Part shown: one piece after another, positions 1 to 11,000 of the stretch
Numbering within the stretch: position 1 is the stretch's first letter
Layout: every line of letters starts with the position of its first letter
Source of the DNA: Mobula hypostoma
Lineage: Eukaryota
NCBI RefSeq assembly: GCF_963921235.1
Contig: NC_086097.1
Span: forward strand, 27,344,001 to 27,408,000
DNA length: 64,000 nt
Direction: 5' to 3'
The notes under the pieces: model-generated
The model's input: only the letters and a program-made list of their open reading frames with translations
The model's database searches: none
Told to the model about the DNA's origin: nothing
Made by a program: the position numbers and the translations under genes

Positions 1-950
1 CCGTATGGGTCCTAGCTATGCCTGCCTTTTTGTTGGCTTTGTGGAACAATCCATGTTCCAAACCTATACTGGTATCTGTCCCCCACTTCTCCTTTGCTAC
101 ATCAACGACTGCATTGGTGCTGCTTCCTGCACGCATGCTGAGCTCGTTGACTTCATTAACTTTGCCTCCAACTTTCACCCTACCTTCAAGTTTACCTGGT
201 CCATTTCCGACACCTCCCTCCCCTTTCTTGATCTTTCTGTCTCTATCTCTGGAGACACCTTATTTACTGATGTCTACTATAAGCCTATGGACTGTCACAG
301 CTACCTGGACTGTTTCTGTTCTCACCCTGTCTCTTGCAAAAATGCCATCCCCTTCTCGCAATTCCTCCGACTCCGCCGCATCTGCTCTCAGGATGAGGCT
401 TTTCATTCCAGGACGAAGGAAATGTCCTCCTCTTTTGAAGAAAGGGGCTTCCCTTCCTTCAGCATCAACACTGCTCTCAAACGCATCTCTCCCATTTCAT
501 GCACATCTGCTCTCACCCCATCCTCCTGCCACCCCACTAGGAATAGGGTTCCCCTTGTCCTCACCTACCACCGCACCAGCCTCCCGGGTCCAACATATAA
601 TTCTCCGTAACTTCCACCACCTCCAATGGGATCTCACCACTAAGCACATCTTTCCCTCCCCCCCACCCCCGCTTTCCGCAGGGATCGCTCCCTACGCGAC
701 TCCCTTGTCCATTCGTCCCCCCTTCCCACTGATCTCCCTCCCAGCACTTATCTGTGTAAGCGGAACAAGTGCTACACATGTCCTTACACTTCCTCCCTTA
801 CCACCATTCACAGCCCCAGACAGTCCTTCCAGGTGAGGCGACACTTCACCTGTGAGTCGGCTGGGGTGATATACTGCGTCCAGTGCTTCTGATGCGGCCT
901 TCTATATATTGGCGAGACCCGACACAGGCTGGGAGACCGTTTCGCTGAAC

Positions 951-1053
951 ATAGAAACATAGAACCATAGAAAATAGGTGCAGGAGTAGGCCATTCAGCC
1001 CTTCGAGCCTGCACCGCCATTTATTATGATCATGGCTGATCATCCAACTCAGA
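951..1053 (-). mobile_element. ~100-bp 5'-truncated CR1 3' tail inserted into the Penelope endonuclease
   Basis: Nearly identical to 29356-29449 (atagaaacatagaa..aataggtgcaggagtaggccattc..catccaactcaga). It splits ttcgctgaaca|cctacgctc, which is contiguous in the copy at ~50460-50480. Confidence 0.92.
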
Positions 1054-1569
1054 CCTACGCTCTGTCCGCCAGAGTAAGCAGGATCTCCCAGCGGCCACAC
1101 ATTTTAATTCCACATCCCATTCCCATTCTGATATGTCTATCCACGGCCTCCTCTACTGTCAAGATGAAGCCACGCTCAGGTTGGAGGAACAACATCTCAT
1201 ATTCCGTCTGGGCAGCCTCCAACCTGACGGCATGAACAGTGACTTCTCTAACTTCTGTTAATGCCCCTCCTCCCCCTTGTACCCCATCTGTTATTTATTT
1301 ATTTGTTTGTTTGTTTATTTTTTTCTCTCTCTCCTATTTCTCCCTCTCTCCCTCTCACTATACTCCTTGCCCATCCTCTGGGCTTCCCCCCTCCCCCTTT
1401 CTTTCTCCCTAGGCCTCTTGTCCCATGATCCTCTCCCTTCTCCAGCCTCATATCCCTTTTGCCAATCAACTTTCCAGCTCTTAGATCCACCCCACCCCTC
1501 CTGCCTCCAGCTATCATTTCGGATCTCCCCCTCCCCCTTTCAAATCTCTTGCTATCCCTTCTTTCAGTT

Positions 1570-1606
1570 AGTCCCAACGAAGGGTCTTGGCCCGAAATGT
1601 TGACTG
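1570..1606 (+). ncRNA. Degenerate minimal hammerhead ribozyme motif in the Penelope terminal repeat
   Basis: AGTC-CCAACGA-AGGGTCTTGGCCC-GAAATGTT-GACTG. The window consensus is CAGTC CTGANGA AGGGTCTCGGCCC GAAACGTC GACTG; the core is mutated in this copy. Confidence 0.55.
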
Positions 1607-2049
1607 TACCTCTTCCTATAGATGCTGCCTGGACTGCTGTGTTCACCAGCATTTTTTGAGTGTGTCACTTTGTGTTTTGATGTTTTCTTGCACATGTGAC
1701 AAATTAAGCTAATCCAAAATCTTTACACCATGGTGGTAGGTTCGCTGACTGTAAATTCCCCTGAACCTACCCCCATGCGTTTGGGATGAGAGAGGAAGCT
1801 GGAGATGGTGGGGGCTCAGGGAGAACATACGAACTGTACACAGGCAGCACTGGTAATTATAAGCAAAGCCAGGTCACTGGAGCTGAGAGGGAGCAACACT
1901 TCCTATCACACAACTTCACTGGTTCTTCTCCGTTTTTCTGATCTAAGGTAAGAACCTTCCAACCATTAGCAGTAAGATAAGGGGATGTTCAAACAGCAGG
2001 ATCAAGGAGATGCAAGTTTAAATTGATGCAATGTTACTGTCTGGATTCT

Positions 2050-2490
2050 AAGCCTGGAGTTCGGGTTCTCATTCAGAGTCCTCATCTATTGATATCAGTG
2101 AGTCCTGGGTCGATACTGAAGGTCGAATCCTGAAGGTCAACTGGAAGTCCAGAAGTTCGGAAGTTGAGGCTCAATAGCCAGAGTCCTAGGTCTGTGAGTC
2201 TGCTGGAGAAGCCAAAGGCCTGATATTTGTAAGTCTGAGTCCGTTGGTGGCTGGAGGCTAAAAATTGCCTGTGCTGCGATTGGAGGACTGTATGTTTGTG
2301 TGTGTGTGGGGGGGGGGGAGAGTAACGGGGCTTGTGTTGCTGTTCTGCTGAGCATTGTGGATATGCTATGTTGATGCTGGAATGTGTGGCGACACTTGTG
2401 GGTTGCCTCCAGCGTATCGTTGGCTGTTAACGCAAACGGTGAATCTCTCTGTATCTTTTGATGTTTATGTGATAAATGAATCTGAATGTG
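2050..2490 (+). mobile_element. Non-autonomous retroposon with a repetitive GC-rich body and the SINE-shared 3' tail
   Basis: The body has degenerate gaagtc/gaaggtc repeats, followed by gttctgctgagcattgtgg..tgtggcgacacttgtggg..tgtgataaat(gaatct)n. A related copy lies at 58070-58700 (-). Confidence 0.5.
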
Positions 2491-2969
2491 AAATTGAATC
2501 TTCTACAATTAATTGGGTCAGGAGTTCAGAGAAATAGGGTTTGGAAATAAATCCTTCTTTTGCATGGTACAAAAAAATTATCACTTTATTAAAGCAATGC
2601 ATTTTCAGCGAGGAGAAAGAAGACAACATGCAAAGCACAGATCTGAATAACATACCAACATCACTGCTTTACGGCTAGAAAATAATTGGCTTTTAAGTAG
2701 CAATTGTCAGTCAGATGCAGTATGAACGAGTGCCTTTCTACTGAAGCTTGGAGACAGCCTATGTGGGCTGCATGATATTATTTCCTTGTCCTTGACGACA
2801 GAATGCTTTTGATGAATATTGAGGATATGAAGAATGCACTCAAAAGTGTTATTTTGTCAGTCTGTGACAAGGGGGGGTGGGGTTCATGATCAGTAATATA
2901 CTGCAGTATTTTATCAAAGGCTTCCCATTGTATCCATTCCATGTTTATAGTGACTTATAGTAATTTTAA

Positions 2970-3225
2970 GTCCAGGACCTCCCAAGCACTTTAAGGTCAA
3001 TAATAATTTCAAAGCAGAATAATATAGGACAGACAGCAGTCACTTTGTGCACAGCCAGCAGTGAAATATGCAATGGCAAACGTGCTTTTTTATGATGGAT
3101 ACCCAGTGATATCTTCCAAGCCAGAAGGATTAATCCTCAATGATGTGTGATGCCTTGGTCCCTGCAGAAGAACAACATTTCTACCACTCTGGATGGATCA
3201 TGAGCCTAATTTTGTGCTCAAATGG
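2970..3225 (-). mobile_element. Very old DeuSINE (SacSINE1/AmnSINE1-like) remnant
   Basis: Recognisable antisense blocks: ccaggacctcccaagcacttta, cagcagtcactttgtgcacagc and agcctaattttgtgctcaa. Confidence 0.4.
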
Positions 3226-3335
3226 CCATAGGCTATAGGCTGAGGTAGACACAGCTTTGTTCAACTGCAGGGAGTTTTGTACATTCCTCCCAACTTAACT
3301 GGTCCACCTGCAAAACAGTTGGCAACATGTATAGA

Positions 3336-3566
3336 ATGCTGGAGGAGCTCCTCAAATCAGGCAGCATCTATGGAGGGGAATAGACAGTTGATATCTCGGG
3401 CTGAGACCCTTCATCAGAACTGGTCCTAATTAGGACAGACATCCCAGTCTTGAGGAAGATTCTTGGTCTAAAATATTGACTATTTATTTTCCTCCATAGA
3501 TGCTGCCTGACCAGCGATTTGTGTGTGCTGCTCAAGATTTCCCACATCTGGAGAACCTCTTGTGTT
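3336..3566. repeat. Fold-back pair of Penelope terminal-repeat fragments with hammerhead motifs
   Basis: The left arm (ggcagcatctatggagg..gagacccttcatcagaactgg) is the inverse of the right arm (ccagtcttgaggaagattcttggtctaaaa..cctccatagatgctgcctga). The spacer contains the palindrome GTCCTAATTAGGAC (3423-3436). Confidence 0.8.
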
Positions 3567-3859
3567 TACGATCACTGTTGATGTGAAGTTTTATTCTTAA
3601 TCTGTGAGTCTGTACGACCTAAGCAACCAGGCAGCTGGCAGTCGTACTCCAACTTTGTGCTAGTGACCTTTTGGCATGTTCAGTCAAGCCTCCTCCTTGC
3701 TCTACCTCCCTCTGTCCCTGCTTCTTACAGGATGTCCGTTTGCAATGTATAGTAATCAGGAGCAGGCACTCCAGTCCAAATCACTGTTCACCTGGCTGGG
3801 AGGTTGTCACAGTTAAATCTAAAAAGGCTCCTATCTATGCTAGCTGAGCCATGTGGCTG

Positions 3860-4058
3860 CACAGTAGTGTAGTGGCTAGCGTAATGCTTTACAGCACTAT
3901 CAATCGGGACAGAATTCTCACTGCTGTCTGGAGGATTTTGTACGTTCTCCCTGTGAATGCATGGGTTTCCTCTGGGTGTTCTGGTTTCCTCCCACATTCC
4001 AAAGGTAAATGGGTTAGTAAGTTTTGGGCATGCTATGTGACTAATAAAGATAATTTTT
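3860..4058 (+). mobile_element. tRNA-derived SINE (HE1/V-SINE-like)
   Basis: A-box-like gtagtgtagtggctagcg followed by the family core ttgtacgttctccctgtg..gggtttcctctgggtgttctggtttcctcccacattccaaag. Confidence 0.8.
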
Positions 4059-4159
4059 AATTTTTACCCCCATGTACTGAACCTACACAGCTTTCACTTA
4101 AATGATGATTTCACGATTTACTGGTTTAAAGAACAGGAAGTACTGTGAATATTGAAAGC

Positions 4160-4475
4160 TACAAGATCATGAGACGTAGGAGCAGAATATGGCCATTCAA
4201 CTCATTAAGTCTGCTCTGCCATTCCATCATGTAATTTATTATTGCTCTCTACCTCACTGAACAGCCTCCCCCACCTCTCCCTGTAACCATTGATGCTCTT
4301 ATGAATCAAGAACATGTCAACCTCTACTTTAAATATACTCAATGACTTGCCCTCTGGAGCCGTTTCTGGAAGTGAACTCCACAGGTTCACCACTCTCTGG
4401 GACTCAAGACATTCCTCCTCATTTCTGTTCTGAAGGGATGTCATCAAATCATAGGCACATGACCTCTAGTTCTAG
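4160..4475 (-). mobile_element. CR1 3' end fragment
   Basis: Antisense translation SQRVVNLWSSLPE..SLSIFKVEVDMFL, plus the CR1 3' UTR. Confidence 0.8.
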
Positions 4476-4559
4476 CCTTCACACATGAAAAAAGTCTGCT
4501 TGCACTTACCCTAACAATACCCCTCATATATCCTATTCTGTGGCTCTGTCCTCTGTCCG

Positions 4560-7125
4560 ACTACAATCAAGCGCTTGAGATACAACATGATACAGTCACC
4601 AAACAAGAAACAATCCACCCTGATGCATTTCAAATCATCGTTGGGGATTTCACACAGGCTTGTTTGAAAAAATTCCTGCCCAATTACCATCAGCATATAA
4701 CCTGTAGCAACAGGAGTCCCAACATGCTAGACCACTGCTGTACTAAGGACTGTTCCATGCCCAGACTGCATTTAGGGAAAACTGATCACTTGGCTGTCCT
4801 CCTCCTAGCTGCAAACAGGCAGAGGATAAATGGCAAGGCTTCAGAGGTTAAGACAACGAGGAGGTATTGGGAGGCAGAGGAGCGGCTATAGGACAACGAG
4901 GAGGTGTCTTAACGAGGAGGAGTGGCTATAGGACGATGAGGAGGTGTCTTAACGAGGAGGTGTCTTAAGACAACGAGGAGGTATTGGGAGGCAGAGGAGC
5001 AGCTATAGGATTGCTTCGAATTGGTGGACTGGGCCCTGTTCAAGGATTCATCTGTGGATCTGAATCTGAATCTGAATACCACTGTTATCACGGACTTTAT
5101 AAAAGCAGTTGTAAATAAGTGTGTCCCCACAAAATCATTCAGAGTTTTCCCCAATCCGAAGCGCTGAATGAACCAGGAGATTCGTAATCTGCTGAGCACC
5201 AGATCAGAGGCATACAAGTCTGGTGACCAAGAAAATTACAAGAGATCCAGGTACTTCACAGGCGAAGTGGTAATTCCAGATGAAACTTGAATAAATGAAG
5301 GTTGCTCAACAGCTGTGGCAGGGCTTGAATGCTATCACCTCTTACAAAGTGAAACCAAGCAACATAGGTGACAACGGGGCTTAATTTCCAGATGAGTTAT
5401 GCTTGCTTTGACTGTCAAAACGTGGAGAAACCATCACGAGTTCCCACAACCTCCAATGACCTTGTGATTTCAGTCTCTAATGCCAACAAAAGAGCATACT
5501 TCAGAAGGGTGAATCCACGGAAAACATCCAGCCCAGATGGGATACCAGGCCAAGTACTAAGGCCTGTGTTGATCAACTGGCTGCAGTGTTCACTGAGATC
5601 TTTAACCTCTTGCTTCGGCAATCTGAGATACCCACCTGCTTCAAGCAGGCTTCAATTATACTGGTGCCTAAGCAAAATTTGGTAACCTGCTTCAATGACT
5701 ATTGTCTAATAGCACTTACACTTACATCCACGGTGCTGAAGTGTTCTGAGAGTTTGGAGATGAAACATATCAACTCCTGCTTGAGAAACAAGTTGGATCT
5801 GCTCCAATTTGCCTAACAGCACACAGGTCTACAGCAGGGTTGACTGAAGAGCCATTTCTTTGGCTCTTCAGTCAACCCTGAAACATCTGGACAGCAAAGA
5901 TACATAAATCAGAACCTCTTTATCAACTGCAGCCTGGCACTCAATACTATCATCACCTCAAAGCTACTTAATAAGCTCCAAGACCTTAGCCTCAATACCT
6001 CCTTGTGTAATTGAATCCTTGACTTTCTCACTTGTAAACCCCAGTCAGTTCGGATTGGCAGTAAAATCTCCTCTACAATCTCCATCAGCACAAATGCACC
6101 ACAAGCCTGTGTGCTTGGACCCCTGCTCTATTAATTTTACGCTTATGACTGTGTGGCTAAGCACAGCTCCAATGCCATATTCAAGTTGGCTGATGACACC
6201 ACTGTTGTAGGCCAAATTAAAGGCAGTGACCAATTAGCATTAAAAATTCGGCTGAGTGGTGCCACAACAACAACCTCTTACTCAATATCAGCAAGACCAA
6301 GGAGGTGAACATTGTCTTCAGGAGGAGGGAATCGGAGGACCATGAACCAGTCCTCATCGGAGGATCAGAGGTGGAGAGGTCAGCAACTTTAAATTTCTTG
6401 GTGTTATCATTTCAGAGGACCCATCCTGGGCACAGCATGTAAGTGCAATTATGAAGAAAGCACATCAGTGCTTCTTCTTCCTTGGAAGTTTGTGAAGATT
6501 CAGCATGACATTTACAACTTTGACAAACATCTATAGCTCTGTAGTGGAGAGTATATTGACTGGTTCCATCACAGCCTGGTATGGAAACACCAATGCCCTT
6601 GAACAAAAGAATCCTACAGAAAGTAGCCGATATAGCCCAGTCCATCATGGGTAAAGCCCTCCCCATATTTGAGCACATCTACATGAAACACTGTCACCGG
6701 AAAGCAGCATCCATTATCAGGGACCCCCACCACCTAGGTCATGCTCTCTCCTCGCTGCTGCCATCAGGAAGAAGTTACAGGAGCCTCAGGACTCACACCC
6801 CCAGGTTCAGGAACAGTTATTATCCTTTAACCATCAGGCTTATGAAACAGAGGGGATAACTTGATTCAATTTCATTTGCCCCATCACTGAACTGTTCCCA
6901 TTCACTTTCAATGACTGTTCATCTCAGGTTCTTGATATTTATTGCTTATTTTTATTATTTTTTTTGTATTTGCAGTTTGTTGTCTTTTGCACACTGGTTA
7001 TCTGCCCTATTGGGTGCAGTCTTCCATTGAGTCTATTATAGTTATTGGAATTACCGAGTATGCCCACAAGAAAACTAACTTCAGGGTTGTACATGGTGAG
7101 ATATATGTACTTTGAACTTGAACTC
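4560..7125 (+). mobile_element. Degenerate Rex1/Babar-type LINE (APE C-terminus, RT, 3' UTR)
   Basis: Fragments HPDAFQIIVGDF, HQHITC..LDH, GKTDHLAVLL, SSPDGIPG, IFNLLL..PTCFKQASIILVPK, FKLADDTTV and LPSGRSYRSLRTHTPRFRNSYYP; many stops and frameshifts; tail tttgaacttgaact. Confidence 0.85.
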
Positions 7126-7129
7126 TGAG

Positions 7130-7420
7130 CTTTGGTTCTAGACATCCCCACTATTGGAAACATCCTCTCCACATTCACTCTGACTAGGGCTTTCAATATT
7201 CGATAGGTTTCAATGAGATCCTCCTCATTCTTTTAAATTCCAGCAAGTACAGACCCAGCCCCATCAAATGCTCACCATATATTAATCATTTCATTCCTGC
7301 GATCATACTTCTGCCAATACATTCTTCTTTAGATATGGGGCCAAAAACTGCTCACAATACTCCAAATGTGGTCTCACCAATGTCTTATTAAACTTCAACC
7401 TTGCTTTTCTATTCCAGTCC
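7130..7420 (-). mobile_element. CR1 RT C-terminal fragment
   Basis: Antisense VNVERMFPIVGMSRT; upstream sequence equivalent to RPHLEYCEQF. Confidence 0.75.
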
Positions 7421-7589
7421 TCTTACACAAATGCTTAATCTTCTGCTTGTTTTCAACCGCTCTTCATCCCCACATTCCCCCACGCTCTTTCCCCAAGGTA
7501 TAGTTTGTAACTGCCTCAAAAAATGTTCGGCATTCAGAATGGATCCCTGGGGATATGCTGGTGCCAGATGATGATGAGCTTAGTCAACA

Positions 7590-7603
7590 GTTGCCGTGGC
7601 AAC
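7590..7603. promoter_or_regulatory. RFX X-box-like palindrome GTTGCCGTGGCAAC
   Basis: Matches GTNRCC-N2-RGYAAC in a non-repetitive island, next to an AP-1-like TTAGTCA. Confidence 0.4.
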
Positions 7604-7974
7604 AGTAGCACAGCACAATCTAGCGGGCCGCACTGTACAAGGAGACTGAAGGGCATTTCTCTCCAGCTTCCCTCTCTCTTTAAAGCTAGTGATCATGAGA
7701 GCTTTCCCAAGGATGTCTGTGATCATTTGCACTCTGTTTCCACTGGCAATTTTCAATTCTCAACCTCAGATGCATATTCAACCACTGAATCACTTCCTGT
7801 TCTTGACCTCCTCCCATTAGGATCTGGAAGAAATCACTGACCAGTTCTCTGGGGCAGAGACCCACTGACTCCCAAACCCAGTCTGCCAGTGTAGCTCACC
7901 TCCATCAGAGTGTTGAAGGACTTGAACCCCGGTTCATATGACACTTCATAAACGGATGCTGCAGTCGTAACCCG

Positions 7975-8220
7975 AACATCGTTCTCCCCATGACTACGCG
8001 GGTTTCCTGCACGTGCTCCAGTTTCCTCCCCACATTCCAAAGACGTACCCGTTAGGGTTAGTGAGTTGTGGACATATTACATTGGCACCGGAAGTATGGT
8101 GACACTGGTGGGCTGTCCCCAGCACAGCTCTCGGAGTGTGTTGCTCATTGATGCTAACAACACATTTGACTGCATGCTTCAATGCTTCAATGCACATGTG
8201 ACAAATAATGCTAAGCCTTA
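7975..8220 (+). mobile_element. SINE (HE1/V-SINE-like), 5'-truncated
   Basis: gttctccccatgactacgcgggtttcc..cccacattccaaagacgtac..gtgacaaataatgctaa. Confidence 0.8.
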
Positions 8221-8834
8221 ATAGTTATCAGTCCCTTTCTGGAGTATAGTTTCTTGAGCAACAGGTAGCCTTTAATATCTCAGCAAAAGTGATTGTTAAA
8301 GGTCTGTTTAAACACACTTATTGCAATTGTGCCTTTACCCTCATGCACACACCCAGCAGTGCTAAAATAATTTGCATTTATGTGGTGTCATTGACACATG
8401 ACAAGAAAGGACTCAAAAACATTTTATAAGTCATAGTCAAAGTAAATTTTTGTCAAAGAACATATAGTCACTATATACAGTATGGGCCTGAGTTTCACTT
8501 TCTTGCAGGCGATACAATAGAATCAATGAAATCATGTTTTTGGGCATGAGTTCGAACTCTGAAACAAAAGTATACCACAGAACAGTGCCCTGGAACACAA
8601 GGTAGAATACATCAGCCCACACATCCTAGGCATGGGCAGTGAAACTGGAACACCCAAAGAGACATCATTTTATGTGATTGGAGGGAAACATATTTTTTTG
8701 CTGTCTTTGTGCACTACTTATTTAATTTTTAAAAATATATTTCTTATTAAAATTTATAGTATATATTATTTATGGTACTGAACAAAAACATATTTCACAA
8801 CTGATATAAGTGATAATAAACTCAACTCTGATTC

Positions 8835-9775
8835 TGCTTCTAGAGGCGTACAGGATGATAAGAGGCATAGATAGAATGGACAGCCAGAGACTTATTCCCA
8901 GGGCAGAAATGGTTACTACGAAGGGGTCTAATTTTAAGGTGATTGGAGGAAAGTCAGAGTGCATGGAACACACTGCCAGTGGTGGTGGTAGAGAACAGAG
9001 AGATATATTAGAGATGTTGAGACTCTTAGATAGGCACATGGATGAAGGCAAAATTCAAGGATTCAAAATACATTTATTATCAAAGAATGTATAAATTATA
9101 CAACCTTGAGATTTGTTTGCTTACAGGTAGCCACAAATTAAGAAACCTGAAAGAACCCAATTAAAAAGAAATAAAAGACCAATACCCAATGCACAAGAGA
9201 AAGGAAAAGAAAACACAAATCATGCAAACAATTGCAGTGAGCAACAGCATTCCAAACCAAAATGACTCCTCAGATCCGAATCCCAGATTAGCCCAGAGTA
9301 GGCCCAGAGCCTTGCTTATCAGTTCATCATATTAACGGGCACAAAACACAGCAGCCGAGGCAGCCTTCATAACCTCAGTGCCATGGAGAGAGGAGTGACC
9401 AATCTGGCTGGCGATTAAATTGTCTAAACAGTGGATTGTGCCTCGCACTAGGATCCCGCTAGTGGGAAGAGCTTAGGGCCTAGAGCACCCCACCCAGTGA
9501 CTCGCTCTAGAACACCACCCAGTCCTGAGCCACTCTCAAGCTCTTCAAATCAGCATGGCGCCCAGAGCGATCTAACCTGGCACCCGGGCCAGTTGTACAG
9601 ACATCAGATCTCCTCTGCCTTGGTCCCAACTTCTCCTTGCTGCGCCCACAGCCATCCAACCTCACGCCTGGGCCATGAGACTATGTGGGATGGAAGAGTT
9701 AGATTGACCTTAGTGTCGGTTTAAATATCGGCACAACGCCGTGGATTGAACAGCCTGTACTGTGCTATGTTCTAA
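8835..9775 (+). mobile_element. CR1 3' end split by a nested antisense element (~9056-9680)
   Basis: EAYRMIRGIDRMDSQRL..LDRHMDEGKI breaks at ~9055 and resumes atgtgggatggaagagttagattg at ~9683. The insert has a LINE-like tail (ttcaaaatacatttattatcaaag) and a non-coding body. Confidence 0.7.
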
Positions 9776-10439
9776 CTCAGCCACTCAAGCAACAGCTGTG
9801 GAAAGAGAAATGGGTCAATACCGTGGGCCAGCAAACATTTTTCAGACAGAACTGGGTAGAGAGTGGAAGGTTTATATTTTTCAAAGCAGAGCTTGGGGTG
9901 GGGGGTGGGGAGTGGAGTGGGGTGAAAAGCAAAAGTCTGTATGGACATTGGTGAGATAGATCATACGATAAGGAGAGTGCCAATACTGGCATTGATGAGG
10001 CATGTTAAATAAATGGGATCAGAAAGGCACATAAAAACAATACTGAGAACACGATGAGAGGGATTTATCTGAACTTGGAAAATTCAATGTTCATTTCAGA
10101 AACCTGCAAAGTACCTAGACCAAAGGTTCCCAACCTTGAGTCTGCAGACCCCTCGGTTAATGGTAGGGATCCGTGGCCGAGACAGAAGAGAATATATCTG
10201 AATGGACAATGAACTCATGAACATTACCTCACTATTTTTGCTTTCTTCTTGCACTCTTCTTTCTTTCTTTACTTATGTTTGGTATTTTTTATTGTAACTT
10301 ATAGTATATTTTATGAGTTGCACTGTACAGGATGCTGCCACAAAACAACAAATTTCATGATGTACTGTATGTCAGTGATAATACACTGATTCTGATTCTA
10401 AAGATATTGTTTATGTATATGGCAGTGGAGGTCCCAGGA

Positions 10440-11000
10440 CACATTTTGCACAATCAGGAACACTCACCAACACCTCTACTTTCTGAGGGGGCTGAAGAGA
10501 ACTGGATTATGCACATCTATACTGATGACATTTTACAAGTGTGTAGTCGAGAGCATCCTAACATGATGCTGCATCACTGCATCGTATGGAAGGCTCTACA
10601 ACGGGTAGTCAAAACTGCTTGATGCATCACTGGCACCAGCCTACCCACCATCAAGGATATACTGTTCGTCCATGAGTGAGGAGGCTATGTAGCAACCCAG
10701 GCCAGGACCACCAGACTCATAAAATTTCTTCCCCCAAGCAGAAAGGCTGATCAACCCCTCCATACACTAACCTCCTCTCACACCCACCAGCACCACTACT
10801 TTATCACTTTCTGTGATTGACCTTATGTACAGACACTCCTGTGCCTAATGTCACTTTATGGACATACAATTAATCTATGTATATAAGCTTATGTATTTAT
10901 ATTTATTGTGTTTTTATTATCATTGTGTTCTTAACCTTATTGTGTTTTTTTGAGTAACAATTATTCTCCTTTACACATATAGTGGAAGTGACATTAAACA
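10440..11000 (+). mobile_element. Rex1/Babar- or L2-type LINE 3' fragment
   Basis: RLYFLRGLK-like and KALQRVVKTA segments, followed by an AT-rich 3' UTR. Confidence 0.6.

Larger units (their letters stand above)
1..1663 (+). mobile_element. Penelope-like retroelement (Neptune-type), 5' end cut by the window, frameshifted RT plus GIY-YIG endonuclease, 3' terminal repeat
   Basis: ORF 5-610 gives MGPSYACLF..YINDCIG (YIDD site)..FTWSISDTSLPFLD..TDVYYKP (PLE RT). After frameshifts it continues RVQHIILRNF..CKRNKCYTC (Cys linker typical of Neptune), then VIYCVQC..LYIGET..RFAEH..HFN..LEEQHLIFRLGSLQPDGMN, stop at ~1261. A pyrimidine-rich 3' region follows. Confidence 0.9.

Noticed and set aside
18..836. 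272-aa Ser/Pro-rich ORF as a separate gene
   Set aside because: It is the alternative frame of the Penelope RT. Only the part from RVQHIILRNF to about HIFPSPP is real coding sequence, reached by a frameshift from ORF 5-610.
2608..2677. Possible terminal exon EEKEDNMQSTDLNNIPTSLLYG*
   Set aside because: Weak pyrimidine tract, no recognisable homology and no supporting upstream exon.
3731..3802. Strong-looking splice acceptor (long pyrimidine tract, tacag)
   Set aside because: No convincing donor follows and no frame gives a recognisable peptide.
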